DNA of 38,462 nucleotides from Candidatus Nanohaloarchaea archaeon. GTDB taxonomy: Archaea > Nanohalarchaeota > Nanosalinia > Nanosalinales > Nanosalinaceae. Location of the stretch: positions 1 to 38,462 of the forward strand of contig JAWOFP010000040.1 of NCBI GenBank assembly GCA_046497485.1, given 5' to 3'. Below the pieces are notes generated by a model. The model was not told the origin of the DNA. It made no database searches and worked only from the letters and a program-made list of their open reading frames with translations. The position numbers and the translations under genes are program-made. Positions 1 to 8,986 of this stretch are shown here, one piece after another. The stretch's first letter is position 1. The number at the start of each line of letters is the position of its first letter.

Positions 1-19
1 TGTAAATTAAAGTATATAC

Positions 20-250
20 ATGCCTGAGCTTGATGAGAATGAGGTAATAGAAAAGGCAGATTTTGCCGATAAAAGGGATCTGGCAAAGGAGTTCGATACC
101 TCTGTAGAAAAAGTAGAGGAACTGCTTTCAGATCAAGGCTTTTCGACTCTAAAGGATTTCTCAGATGAAAAAGAGGTACAGAAGACTCTAGATCTTAATT
201 ACGAGATTAAGGAACTGGAAAAACGCAAACTACAGGGCATATTTAGATAA
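20..250 (+). CDS. Small acidic hypothetical protein
   Basis: 76 aa ORF with halophile-type acidic composition; no family recognised. Confidence 0.5.
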   Translation: MPELDENEVIEKADFADKRDLAKEFDTSVEKVEELLSDQGFSTLKDFSDEKEVQKTLDLNYEIKELEKRKLQGIFR

Positions 251-398
251 AAATAGCAGTTTTCATTATAGGCAGAGTCAAAGAGCTCCTGAAGTCTACT
301 ATGAGTTCTTTGTTTTCCTCTCGGATCTTATCTGAGTTTTGAATGTTTGCGACTGCTGTTTCAAGCCGTTGTTTGTAATTGTGGTGGTCTTCTGTCAT
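243..398 (-). pseudogene. Possible N-terminal fragment of a tyrosine integrase
   Basis: Manual translation MTEDHHNYKQRLETAVANIQNSDKIREENKELIVDFRSSL...* (51 aa) recalls archaeal integrase N-termini (D-x-HNY..RL...I.EENKELI..F); ~90 nt downstream of tRNA-Leu; no catalytic domain. Confidence 0.4.
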
Positions 399-490
399 TT
401 TTTAGATGTCACAGTTTGATATACTTCAGAACTTCTGGCCGACCACTTTAAACACCGCGAATCGGTGCCGCACATGAGTAAACGTAGTTG

Positions 491-573
491 TGCGGGGGAC
501 AAGATTCGAACTTGCGAACGGCTACCCGACTGGCTCCTAAAGCCAGCGCCTTTGACCACTTGGCTACCCCCGC
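491..573 (-). tRNA. tRNA-Leu(TAG)
   Basis: Acceptor GCGGGGG/CCCCCGC-A type stem, anticodon arm CTGGC-TT-TAG-GA-GCCAG, long variable arm, GTTCGAATC T-loop. Confidence 0.96.
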
Positions 574-717
574 TTAGAGGCCTTACCAATCAAGATAATA
601 AGTTGGCAATATTATGTCAGCTATCGCCGCTGATATTGAAAATGGAGGCCTTTAGCTTTATTAATCAAATAGTCAGACGAGGTTACAGATAAAAGAATTT
701 TCAGCTCAACTAGGTTT

Positions 718-1212
718 ATGGAGTGGGAGGGCTTTGAAATAAGCAGAGAGCAGGATTCTTTCCAGGTAAAAGATGAAGGCTTTACTGTCGGCATCAATTT
801 TTCTGATACTTCAGATATCCAACTATTGAGTTCAGAAGAAACAGGCTCAGGAGAAGTTATTGTAGGGGTTGAAGGCCTTGAAGTGGACGGAGATTTCGAG
901 CCCTTGAATCCCAGTGAAATTGTCGATATTTTCGGTGTGATGATCAAAGGCTTTGAGGGAGAGGATATCTCATACTGGTTCAAGATGGGAACCACTAGTT
1001 TCTACTACTCTAGTAGGCCTGGAGATGACAAAGATATGAAATGGCTGGAGAGCAAGGTCGATGTGGCTTTCCTCAAAGTTGATGAAGACTCTATCCTTGA
1101 AGCAGTGAAGATCAAGCCTAGAATGATTGTTCCTTACGGCGGCTCCGATAGAGAAAGAGAAGAGTTCGCTGCAGAACTAAGGGATAGAAGCTTTGAAGTA
1201 AAGTTAATCTAG
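718..1212 (+). CDS. Degenerate metallo-beta-lactamase-fold-like protein
   Basis: C-terminus DVAFLKV...AVKIKPRMIVPYG...EEFAAEL resembles MBL-fold (UPF0173-like) C-termini; no HxHxDH motif. Confidence 0.5.
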   Translation: MEWEGFEISREQDSFQVKDEGFTVGINFSDTSDIQLLSSEETGSGEVIVGVEGLEVDGDFEPLNPSEIVDIFGVMIKGFEGEDISYWFKMGTTSFYYSSRPGDDKDMKWLESKVDVAFLKVDEDSILEAVKIKPRMIVPYGGSDREREEFAAELRDRSFEVKLI

Positions 1213-1217
1213 ACTTT

Positions 1218-2936
1218 TTATTTTACTGTAATTGACTTAGCTAAATTTCGAGGCTTGTCCGGATCGTTACCTTTTAATTTGGAGGTTTCATAGGCCAGTA
1301 ACTGGAACGGAATAATCTCCAGAATCTCTCTATTTTCGTCTTCCGGAACTTCTATGAAGTATTTGAAGTTATCTCTTCTTTCTAATCCTATTCCTATTAG
1401 GTCGGCTCCACGAGAACCTGCCTCAATCGCATTTGAAAGGGTAGCAGATTCATCGTCTGTCAGAAATGCAAATACTGGTACGCCTTCTTCAATCAATGAT
1501 AATGTGCCGTGTTTGAATTCTCCTCCTGGAAAGGCCTCTGAGTGAATATAGGATAGTTCTTTGAGTTTGAGTGAGGCCTCTTTTGCGAGTTCACAACCTC
1601 TGTTTCTACCTATGAAGTAGATATCGTCTTTTTCCGAGATGTATTGTGCTATCTGATTTATTTCTTCTCTGTTGTCTTCTAGCATTGGGTCGATCTTGTC
1701 TGATGTTTCAAGAAGCGAGTTTCTGGCTTCTTCTAGTCCTTTCTGCATTGTCAGCGATAATAGTTTGAGAACTGTTAGCTGGGCTGTGAAGGCCTTTGTA
1801 GATGCGACCCCTATCTCTGGGCCGGCGTTCACATACATGTTGTGGTGGCTGTTACGGGCGAGCGTTGAACCGACTACATTTACTGCTGAAAGTACAGGTG
1901 CATCGATCTTCTTTAATGCGGAAAGTAGGTCAGCAGTCTCCCCACTTTGACTAACTGCGATTACTAAGTCATCTTCTGAGACTTGATCCGCCATATACTC
2001 GAACTCATGGCTCTGCTCGGAGTAGGCCTCGATCCCTGCTTCTCTCAAGTATTTTGCCCCGAGATCTGCTGCAAAGCTTGCAGTTCCACAAGCAGTTAGG
2101 AATACTTTATCTGCTTCTTCGATCATTTCAACAGATTTTTCTACATCAGATTTATCCTGGAATACTGCTCTCTTAACTGTCTCGGACTGCTCAAGTATCT
2201 CCTTCTCCATGAAATGATTGTGTCCAGCTTTTGAGGCCTCTTCTGCATCCCACTCAATTTCCTGTATTTCAGGTTCGACCTCTTCACCCTCTCTGTACAG
2301 TTTTAATTCGTCTTCAATTATAGCAAACTCTCCATCCTCCAAAAATACTGCTTCTCTAGTGTGCTCTAAGAACGGATTCACATCTGATGCAACAAAAAAC
2401 TCTTCATCTCCTAGGCCTATAACTAGAGGCGATTCCTTTCTGTAGACTATCATTTCTCCTGATTCTAGGACTGCTGCAAATGCATAAGCACCCTCCAGTT
2501 TCTCAACTGATTTCTCTACCGCTCTCTTGAGGCCTTCTTCTCTTCTAATATGTTTTTTCAGTAAGTGTGGGATAACCTCAGTATCTGTATCGGACTTAAA
2601 CTTGTGTTCTCCGATTTCTTCTCTAAGTTCTTCGTGGTTTTCTATTATTCCGTTGTGTACTACTGCAATCTTTTCCTCTTCATCTGTGTGCGGGTGCGCA
2701 TTCTTGTCATTGACTCCTCCATGGGTCGCCCACCTTGTATGCCCAATACCAGTCTTTCCCTTGAATTCTGGTTCAAGTTCTTCTACTCGGCCTTCTTTTT
2801 TCTCGAGTTTGACTGAAGGATTTGATACTACAGCTATTCCAGATGAGTCATATCCTCTATACTCCAGCTTCTTTAGGCCTTTATGAATGAGCTCTGAGGC
2901 CTGTTCCTCTCCTTTGTAGCCGAATATTCCGCACAT
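1218..2936 (-). CDS. glmS: Glutamine--fructose-6-phosphate aminotransferase
   Basis: MCGIFG N-terminus, GHTRWATHG, SQSGETAD, C-terminal PRNLAKSITV. Confidence 0.98.
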   Translation of the reverse strand: MCGIFGYKGEEQASELIHKGLKKLEYRGYDSSGIAVVSNPSVKLEKKEGRVEELEPEFKGKTGIGHTRWATHGGVNDKNAHPHTDEEEKIAVVHNGIIENHEELREEIGEHKFKSDTDTEVIPHLLKKHIRREEGLKRAVEKSVEKLEGAYAFAAVLESGEMIVYRKESPLVIGLGDEEFFVASDVNPFLEHTREAVFLEDGEFAIIEDELKLYREGEEVEPEIQEIEWDAEEASKAGHNHFMEKEILEQSETVKRAVFQDKSDVEKSVEMIEEADKVFLTACGTASFAADLGAKYLREAGIEAYSEQSHEFEYMADQVSEDDLVIAVSQSGETADLLSALKKIDAPVLSAVNVVGSTLARNSHHNMYVNAGPEIGVASTKAFTAQLTVLKLLSLTMQKGLEEARNSLLETSDKIDPMLEDNREEINQIAQYISEKDDIYFIGRNRGCELAKEASLKLKELSYIHSEAFPGGEFKHGTLSLIEEGVPVFAFLTDDESATLSNAIEAGSRGADLIGIGLERRDNFKYFIEVPEDENREILEIIPFQLLAYETSKLKGNDPDKPRNLAKSITVK

Positions 2937-3073
2937 ATAACTTCTATTTTCCTGGGAGGCTTAAATATCCTTTTACAGAGCTCTATAACGGTTAAAACCA
3001 AGTTTTACCTAGGCGCATTTTGGCTAGTATAGACTGGAAAACATAAAAAACTTTTTTGACCAAACATTGGTTT

Positions 3074-3838
3074 ATGCAAGAGGAAAAACTTGACCAAAAA
3101 AAGATAGCAGCCCTAGACAACGAAACTAGACGAAAAATAATAGATCTCCTGAAGCAAGAGCCAGACTATCCAGCTTCCCTCGCGGAAAAAATAGGTATCA
3201 GCAAACAGAAAACACATTACCACCTGAAAAAACTGAGTGAATCAGACCTAATCGAAAGAGAAAACAATGGTAAAAAGCAGGCCTATCATGTCAAAGAGAA
3301 GAAATTCATCTACAACAGCTCACCAACTAACTCCAAGTTCCTAGAAGAGTTTCCTGATGAAGGCCTGATAGTCGTCGGCTCACCCGACCAGCACGGAGAA
3401 GACCAAGTTAGAGCGCGTGACGGGCATTTAGCAGGAGATATTGGAGTCAGACTAGGAGAACTAGGTAAAAACTATACAACTACCTTAGACACACAGGTAC
3501 ATCGAGACAATTTATTCGAAAGGCCTATAGTCATACTCGGAGGGATTCTAACCAACACAGTAGCGAAAAAGCTAAACAGCGAATTCCCTGCATATTTCTC
3601 AGGAGAATCATTCCCCTACCGAGAGATTACCACTCCAGAAAACACTTATACAGACCCCGATATCGGGATAATCTCAAAGAAAGATGAGAAAATAATGGTT
3701 GCAGGAATCAGAAACACAGGTACTGAAGCGGCTGTGAAAGCTTTCCAGGAGATCGATGAAGAGGAAGATTATATAGTCGTGAAAGGCCTAGACTTGAACG
3801 GGGACGGAGAAATAGATGACTACGAGGTACTCGAATAA
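3074..3838 (+). CDS. ArsR-like winged-HTH transcriptional regulator with C-terminal alpha/beta domain
   Basis: ALDNETRRKIIDLL...LAEKIGISKQKTHYHLKKLSESDLI; divergent from glmS; ATG 3074 preferred over TTG 3056. Confidence 0.8.
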   Translation: MQEEKLDQKKIAALDNETRRKIIDLLKQEPDYPASLAEKIGISKQKTHYHLKKLSESDLIERENNGKKQAYHVKEKKFIYNSSPTNSKFLEEFPDEGLIVVGSPDQHGEDQVRARDGHLAGDIGVRLGELGKNYTTTLDTQVHRDNLFERPIVILGGILTNTVAKKLNSEFPAYFSGESFPYREITTPENTYTDPDIGIISKKDEKIMVAGIRNTGTEAAVKAFQEIDEEEDYIVVKGLDLNGDGEIDDYEVLE

Positions 3839-4987
3839 ATGGACTGGAAGGTCTTCCAAACAGATGTATTAGACGCACTGAAACAGTACGAGGGCTACTT
3901 CGACTTTTTTGAGAAAACAGGTACTTTATCCGATAACTCCAGACCCGACTGCGTCGCCAGAGTCACTCGAGAAAGAAAAACCGTCTGGATATTCGACGCC
4001 AAGAATAAAGATCAGATAGATGAAGAAGACGAGAAACGGATGGAAAAATATATTTCCCAGATCAAATCCAATCCACTAGATGTAGGGCTTGATCACTCAG
4101 AGCTGGGCGAACATTCTATCGAACCAGTCTTCATCACCCGAGGAGAAGCTTCTACAAAATATAGTTCTGTGAGCTCTAAGAAACTCCATCAGTTCCTTAG
4201 GAAAGAGCTAATTTATACTGAGACAAACAGAGTAGTCCGAGATGTCGCACAGATGACAGAGAAAAAAGCCTTAACCCATAATCAAGCCCGAGTACTTTAC
4301 AGATCGCTTAAAGACTTCAAAGACAGAATGGATTACGGCAGGAAAATGCTGAAAGAAATAGAATCAAACTTCACAGGCCTCAAATTAAAGGAGCATCCTT
4401 TAGAAGGTAGAGAATCTCTACCAGTAGACTTCGTGCTCGAACATACAGACAGGCCTTCAATCTACATCGATGTGCCTTACAAGGATGATGCTGAGAAAGG
4501 CGTAAGCAATTTTCTGGAAGATGATGAAATCTATGTCAGCCTAGGCGGTACAGGAGAGTACAGCTGTCCTTTTGACGAGTTCGAGGAGTTATTAATGCAG
4601 AAGCTCGGGATTCTTTCATGGGAAAAAGTCGCGGACCTCTATACTCCAAAGATTCCGACAAATAGAACCTTCAAGTCTGACAGCGTGTTAATCACAGCAG
4701 AAAACATGGACTTCCAGGTCGAAATCAGGTCAAAAAACGATACAGAATTCAAGATACAGGCCTTGATGCCGGAAAAATCACTGAAAAAACTGAAAGATCA
4801 GTCTCTAAACGCCAGGAAAAACTTTGGGAAAGTAGAAAACGGCAGGTTCAAACACGAATTCCAGGTAACAGACGATTTAGAAATAGATTATTCAGTGACT
4901 GAGGATTTAGAATCTTACAGAGACACAGTTAATTCAATCTATCAGGCCTCGATTAACCCAGTACTCAGCAAGAAAGTTAGCCACTAG
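3839..4987 (+). CDS. PD-(D/E)xK restriction-endonuclease-like protein
   Basis: Mrr-like N-terminal helix MDWKVFQ, RPDCVARV...IFDAK motif; starts immediately after the regulator. Confidence 0.55.
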   Translation: MDWKVFQTDVLDALKQYEGYFDFFEKTGTLSDNSRPDCVARVTRERKTVWIFDAKNKDQIDEEDEKRMEKYISQIKSNPLDVGLDHSELGEHSIEPVFITRGEASTKYSSVSSKKLHQFLRKELIYTETNRVVRDVAQMTEKKALTHNQARVLYRSLKDFKDRMDYGRKMLKEIESNFTGLKLKEHPLEGRESLPVDFVLEHTDRPSIYIDVPYKDDAEKGVSNFLEDDEIYVSLGGTGEYSCPFDEFEELLMQKLGILSWEKVADLYTPKIPTNRTFKSDSVLITAENMDFQVEIRSKNDTEFKIQALMPEKSLKKLKDQSLNARKNFGKVENGRFKHEFQVTDDLEIDYSVTEDLESYRDTVNSIYQASINPVLSKKVSH

Positions 4988-5550
4988 ATTTTTCCTTCTC
5001 TTCTTGAAACGAATCTAACCTTTGAAAGCTCTTCCTTCTCGCCGTTATCAAATAGGTAAAGTTTCTGACCGGAGGCCTCTTGAATCGGTGCAATAACCTT
5101 TTCTGCCTCTGTCTTAATCTTAGCCTTTCTCACTTCATCATCGCTTGTAGCAAAAGAATAAATTATGGAATCAAAATCTTTTTCCGGGGCCTGAAATCCG
5201 TGGATAATCCTGACATCGGTCAGCCTTTCTCTAGAATTATTCACTAGCTCTTCAATTCTCTCCACTCCAACAACTTCATCCGCCAGTTCGTTAAGTATGG
5301 CTAACATGTATCCTGATCCGGAACCCATTTCCAGCACTTTTCCTTCAGGCTCTAATTTTTCTACCATCATCGCAACAATATGAGGCGCTGAAATAGTCGA
5401 ATCCTCCGCCAGCCTCTGAGGTCTATCAACGTAAGGATCCTCATCAATAAAATCAGCTCTATCCACATTTCTGAAGGCTTTTTCAACTCTCTCAGATTCT
5501 ATAAATCCTTTCTCTACTAGATAGTCCACGAGCTGATCGTTCGATTCCAC
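4984..5550 (-). CDS. pcm: Protein-L-isoaspartate O-methyltransferase
   Basis: AFRNVDRADF, TISAPHIVA, VLEMGSGSGY. Confidence 0.9.
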   Translation of the reverse strand: MESNDQLVDYLVEKGFIESERVEKAFRNVDRADFIDEDPYVDRPQRLAEDSTISAPHIVAMMVEKLEPEGKVLEMGSGSGYMLAILNELADEVVGVERIEELVNNSRERLTDVRIIHGFQAPEKDFDSIIYSFATSDDEVRKAKIKTEAEKVIAPIQEASGQKLYLFDNGEKEELSKVRFVSRREGKI

Positions 5551-5630
5551 AATTTTATCTTGAATCTGAGGCTTAAATTTTCATCAGTGTATCCGATTAA
5601 AAAGCGTGGAACTCCAAATTTCTCCTAGTC

Positions 5631-6767
5631 ATGAAGGAGAAAGTAACCGTCGATGGAAGAGATATTACCTTGGTGGGGACAGCACATATCTCATCGGAAA
5701 GTCGGGACGAAGTCAGGGAAGTAATTGAAGAAGAGAGGCCTGACGCAGTCTGTGTTGAACTCGATGAGAACCGGTTTGAGTCACTGAGAGAGGACTCTGG
5801 CTGGGAGGACCTCGATGTCTCTGAAGCAATTAGAGAAGGTCAGGGAAATTTGCTTTTACTGAATTTGTTGATGTCGATCTATCAGAGAAAATTAGGCCTA
5901 GAGGAGGATATGAAACCAGGCTCTGAGCTCCTGGAGGCGGTTAATGTTGCTGAAGAGCTTGGTATCGATTATCATTTGGTTGATCAGGATATCAACGTTA
6001 CACTGAAACGTGCACTTGAATCTCTCTCTATTTTTGACAAATTAAAGATAATAGCATCCTTCCTAGTTCCAGGCGGTGAGGAGATAGATGTGGAGGACTT
6101 GAAAGAGTCAGACATGCTGACCTCTATAATTAAGGAATTCGAAGAAGCATTCCCACAGCTGAAAGAAGTCTTCCTAGATGAAAGAAATGAGTTCATGGCT
6201 GACAAAATCATGGAGAAGGAGTTTGATTCCGCCGTAGTAGTAGTTGGAGCAGCTCATGTAGAAGGCCTGAAAGAAGACCTGAAGAATACTGGGAACAAGG
6301 TAGAAGAGCGCGAGGAAATTAATAGAATCCCATGGCTGAAAGTAGCAAACTATGGATTCGCGGCATTGATTGTATTAGGCCTAGGATTTTCATTTTACTC
6401 CAGTATAGACCAGGGAATCACGAATCTAGGTATATGGATAGGAGCAAACAGCATATTGGCAGCTTTAGGAGCTATAGCAGCTAAAAGCCATCCTTTTACA
6501 TGGTTAGCCTCGTTTGTTGCTGCGCCATATACTTCTGTTAATCCTGCAATTCCAGCAGGCCTTGTAGCTGCCTATACAGAATCAAAAGTAAATCCTCCGA
6601 CAGTCGGCGACCTGGAATCAGTTACAAAGATAGAAGACTACCGAGAGCTATGGGGAAACCAAATGGGCGTAATCCTGTTATCCTTCTTCCTAGTAAACTT
6701 AGGAAGCGGAGCAGCATCAATCTCATCAGGCCTCTACATTATCTTAAGCACATTCTTCGGAGCCTGA
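5631..6767 (+). CDS. TraB/GumN family protein with C-terminal TM helices
   Basis: LVGTAHIS, VCVELDENR, ERNEFMA, VVGAAHVEG. Confidence 0.92.
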   Translation: MKEKVTVDGRDITLVGTAHISSESRDEVREVIEEERPDAVCVELDENRFESLREDSGWEDLDVSEAIREGQGNLLLLNLLMSIYQRKLGLEEDMKPGSELLEAVNVAEELGIDYHLVDQDINVTLKRALESLSIFDKLKIIASFLVPGGEEIDVEDLKESDMLTSIIKEFEEAFPQLKEVFLDERNEFMADKIMEKEFDSAVVVVGAAHVEGLKEDLKNTGNKVEEREEINRIPWLKVANYGFAALIVLGLGFSFYSSIDQGITNLGIWIGANSILAALGAIAAKSHPFTWLASFVAAPYTSVNPAIPAGLVAAYTESKVNPPTVGDLESVTKIEDYRELWGNQMGVILLSFFLVNLGSGAASISSGLYIILSTFFGA

Positions 6768-6770
6768 ATA

Positions 6771-7442
6771 CTATTTCATCCATTTCTCTTCCCATCGCCT
6801 GATTCTTTGCTCCCAGTTATCAATCTCTAAATCATCAGATTCAATCTTTTCTTCCCGCTGTTCTCTCTTTTTCCCATATGATTTCTTGAGATTATACTCT
6901 CTATCTCTTAGACTGTAGCCTGTGATCGCTCCGACAAATAGACCTGCCAAGTGAGCTTCATTTGCCGTAGTATTTGTCCCGCCTAACCCTACTAAATCTA
7001 TGAAAATATATGAAATCAGTACCGCCCACATCGGCATAGGAACACCAAGACCAATCCCGGTCTGTTTAGGCCTGTAAATAGCTAGAGCTGCTAAAACACC
7101 CATAGCTCCCGCTGAAGCTCCTAGAATAAATGTATCAGGATAGAATACGAAGGAAGTTAGATTTGCTAGAACTGCTGATATAAAAAAGGTTGTCAAGAAA
7201 GTCTTGGAATCTGTATGTATGGTGAAAATAGTGCCAAAAAGGCCTAGAAAGAATATATTATTCAATAGGTGTTCAAGGCCTGAATGAGCAAAAAATGAGG
7301 TGAAAAACCTGTAATATTCTACTCCAGGCCTGTAAGCCAACTCCAGTCCAAAAAATACTTGAGCGCCGTAAATAAGGAAAAAGAAGGCGCACAGGTATAG
7401 AGCCGTATAATTCAGGGTTTTCTGCTCTTTCATATGAATCAA
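6771..7442 (-). CDS. Rhomboid intramembrane serine protease
   Basis: HLLNN, GASAG (catalytic Ser), AHLAG. Confidence 0.92.
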   Translation of the reverse strand: MIHMKEQKTLNYTALYLCAFFFLIYGAQVFFGLELAYRPGVEYYRFFTSFFAHSGLEHLLNNIFFLGLFGTIFTIHTDSKTFLTTFFISAVLANLTSFVFYPDTFILGASAGAMGVLAALAIYRPKQTGIGLGVPMPMWAVLISYIFIDLVGLGGTNTTANEAHLAGLFVGAITGYSLRDREYNLKKSYGKKREQREEKIESDDLEIDNWEQRIRRWEEKWMK

Positions 7443-7504
7443 ATACGAGGAAAATCCTATATTTCAACCGGAACTTACTAAAAAATTTCTAATTATATTT
7501 CAAT

Positions 7505-7704
7505 TACTATGTCCGGTGACTGTATTCCGCAGCACGAGTATATTTGAGGAATGTTTTCTGAGTCGCTGGAATACCCAAATTAACGTGATTTCTATGCAAC
7601 TAGATTCAACTACGGGTGGACGCGTTCCACTCACGGAAAACTGAGTCACAGAACTCAGTCAAACAACTTCAAAACCTTGAAACATTTTCACTCAGCGGTT
7701 CTCT
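7505..7704 (+). promoter_or_regulatory. Long structured 5' leader of proS
   Basis: Stems GTATTCC/GGAATAC, GGGTGGA/TCCACTC and ACTGAGT/ACTCAGT; repeated CTGAGT/ACTCAG allows alternative pairings; two short uORFs. Confidence 0.4.
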
Positions 7705-8901
7705 ATGAAACGGAGCGAGTTATTCATAACCAGCTCCAAGAAATCCGAGGCCTCAAGCTGTAGAAGCGAAAAGCTTGCGATAAAATCTGGGCTAATCCAT
7801 AGTTATGGTTCAGGTACTTTCGGCTACACTGCTTTCGGAAAGAAAGTACTGAACAACATCGAGTCTGTAGTGAGAGAAGAGATGGATGAAGTCGCGCAGG
7901 AGGTACGGATGAACCTGCTTCAGACCTCTGAACTCTGGAAGCAATCGGGTCGATGGAAGAACTTTGAAGGAGAAGAATTCTTCCACTTTAACAACCGTGA
8001 CAACAGAGATTTCTGCCTAGCAGCAACCCACGAGGAAGCAAGCGTAGGCCTAGTCGAGAAATACATCAGGAGCTACAACGACCTTGATCTTACAATCTAT
8101 CAGATAGGAAGGAAGTTCCGAGACGATCACGCACGGAAAGGCCTTCTCCGAGCCAAAGAGTTCACGATGAAGGACGCTTACAGCTTCCATCAGGATGAGA
8201 AAGGCTTAGATCAAAAATTCAATGAGGTGATAGAGACTTACAGGAAGATCTTTGACCGTTTAGGCCTTGAATATTCTATAGTCGGAGCTGATTCAGGATC
8301 AATGGGCGGGGATCGCTCAAGAGAGTTCATCGGAGAGTCAGATGAAGGCAGTGATACCTACTTGAAATGTAAGAACTGTAATTTCGGCAGTAAAGACCTA
8401 GACCTAGAGAAATGCATCGAATGTGAATCCAAGATGAAAGAGGTAGACGGTATCGAGATAGGTCACTGCTTCAAGCTCGGCACCCGATACAGTGACGCCA
8501 TGGATCTTACGTTTCAGACTGAGGAAAACCTAGAAAAATCGGTCTTGATGGGCTGCTACGGTATCGGAGTTTCAAGAGTGATCTCTGCCATCATCGAGCA
8601 GAACAACGATGATAAAGGAATCAACTGGAACAATCAAGTATCCGCGTTTGAAACAGCAGTAATCGTAGCAAGACATGAGGAAGAATGCCTAGAAGCAGCT
8701 GAAGAACTCTATCAAAATCTCAAGGAGGACGCTATCCTCTATGATGGAGAGTTATCGGTAGGAGAGGCCTTTGCCGAAGCTGACTTGATCGGGGTGAAGA
8801 GAAAAGTGATAATCGGTAACTCTTTCCTTGATGAAGGCCTAGTAGAGATAGAGAAGAGAAGTGGAGAAAAAGAGGTGAGAAAAGTTGATGAAGTAAGGTA
8901 A
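7705..8901 (+). CDS. proS: Prolyl-tRNA synthetase, bacterial type lacking the editing insertion
   Basis: ELWKQSGRW, LAATHEE, KFRD..RKGLLRAKEFTMKDAYSF, GIEIGHCFKLGTRYS, MGCYGIGVSR. Confidence 0.95.
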   Translation: MKRSELFITSSKKSEASSCRSEKLAIKSGLIHSYGSGTFGYTAFGKKVLNNIESVVREEMDEVAQEVRMNLLQTSELWKQSGRWKNFEGEEFFHFNNRDNRDFCLAATHEEASVGLVEKYIRSYNDLDLTIYQIGRKFRDDHARKGLLRAKEFTMKDAYSFHQDEKGLDQKFNEVIETYRKIFDRLGLEYSIVGADSGSMGGDRSREFIGESDEGSDTYLKCKNCNFGSKDLDLEKCIECESKMKEVDGIEIGHCFKLGTRYSDAMDLTFQTEENLEKSVLMGCYGIGVSRVISAIIEQNNDDKGINWNNQVSAFETAVIVARHEEECLEAAEELYQNLKEDAILYDGELSVGEAFAEADLIGVKRKVIIGNSFLDEGLVEIEKRSGEKEVRKVDEVR

Positions 8902-8986
8902 GCCTTCATCTCTCCCTTATTATTCCAGATTTCAACGCCGCTTTATGCGCGTTGTGACAATCGTAGTTCTATATTTCTCTTTCCAT

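Noticed and set aside
395..692. ORFs 395-589 and 465-692
   Set aside because: They overlap tRNA-Leu and lack the acidic composition of real proteins here
7697..7707. Possible 9-bp pairing of the repeat's 5' end (AUAGAGAGC) with the proS start region
   Set aside because: Too short to exceed chance
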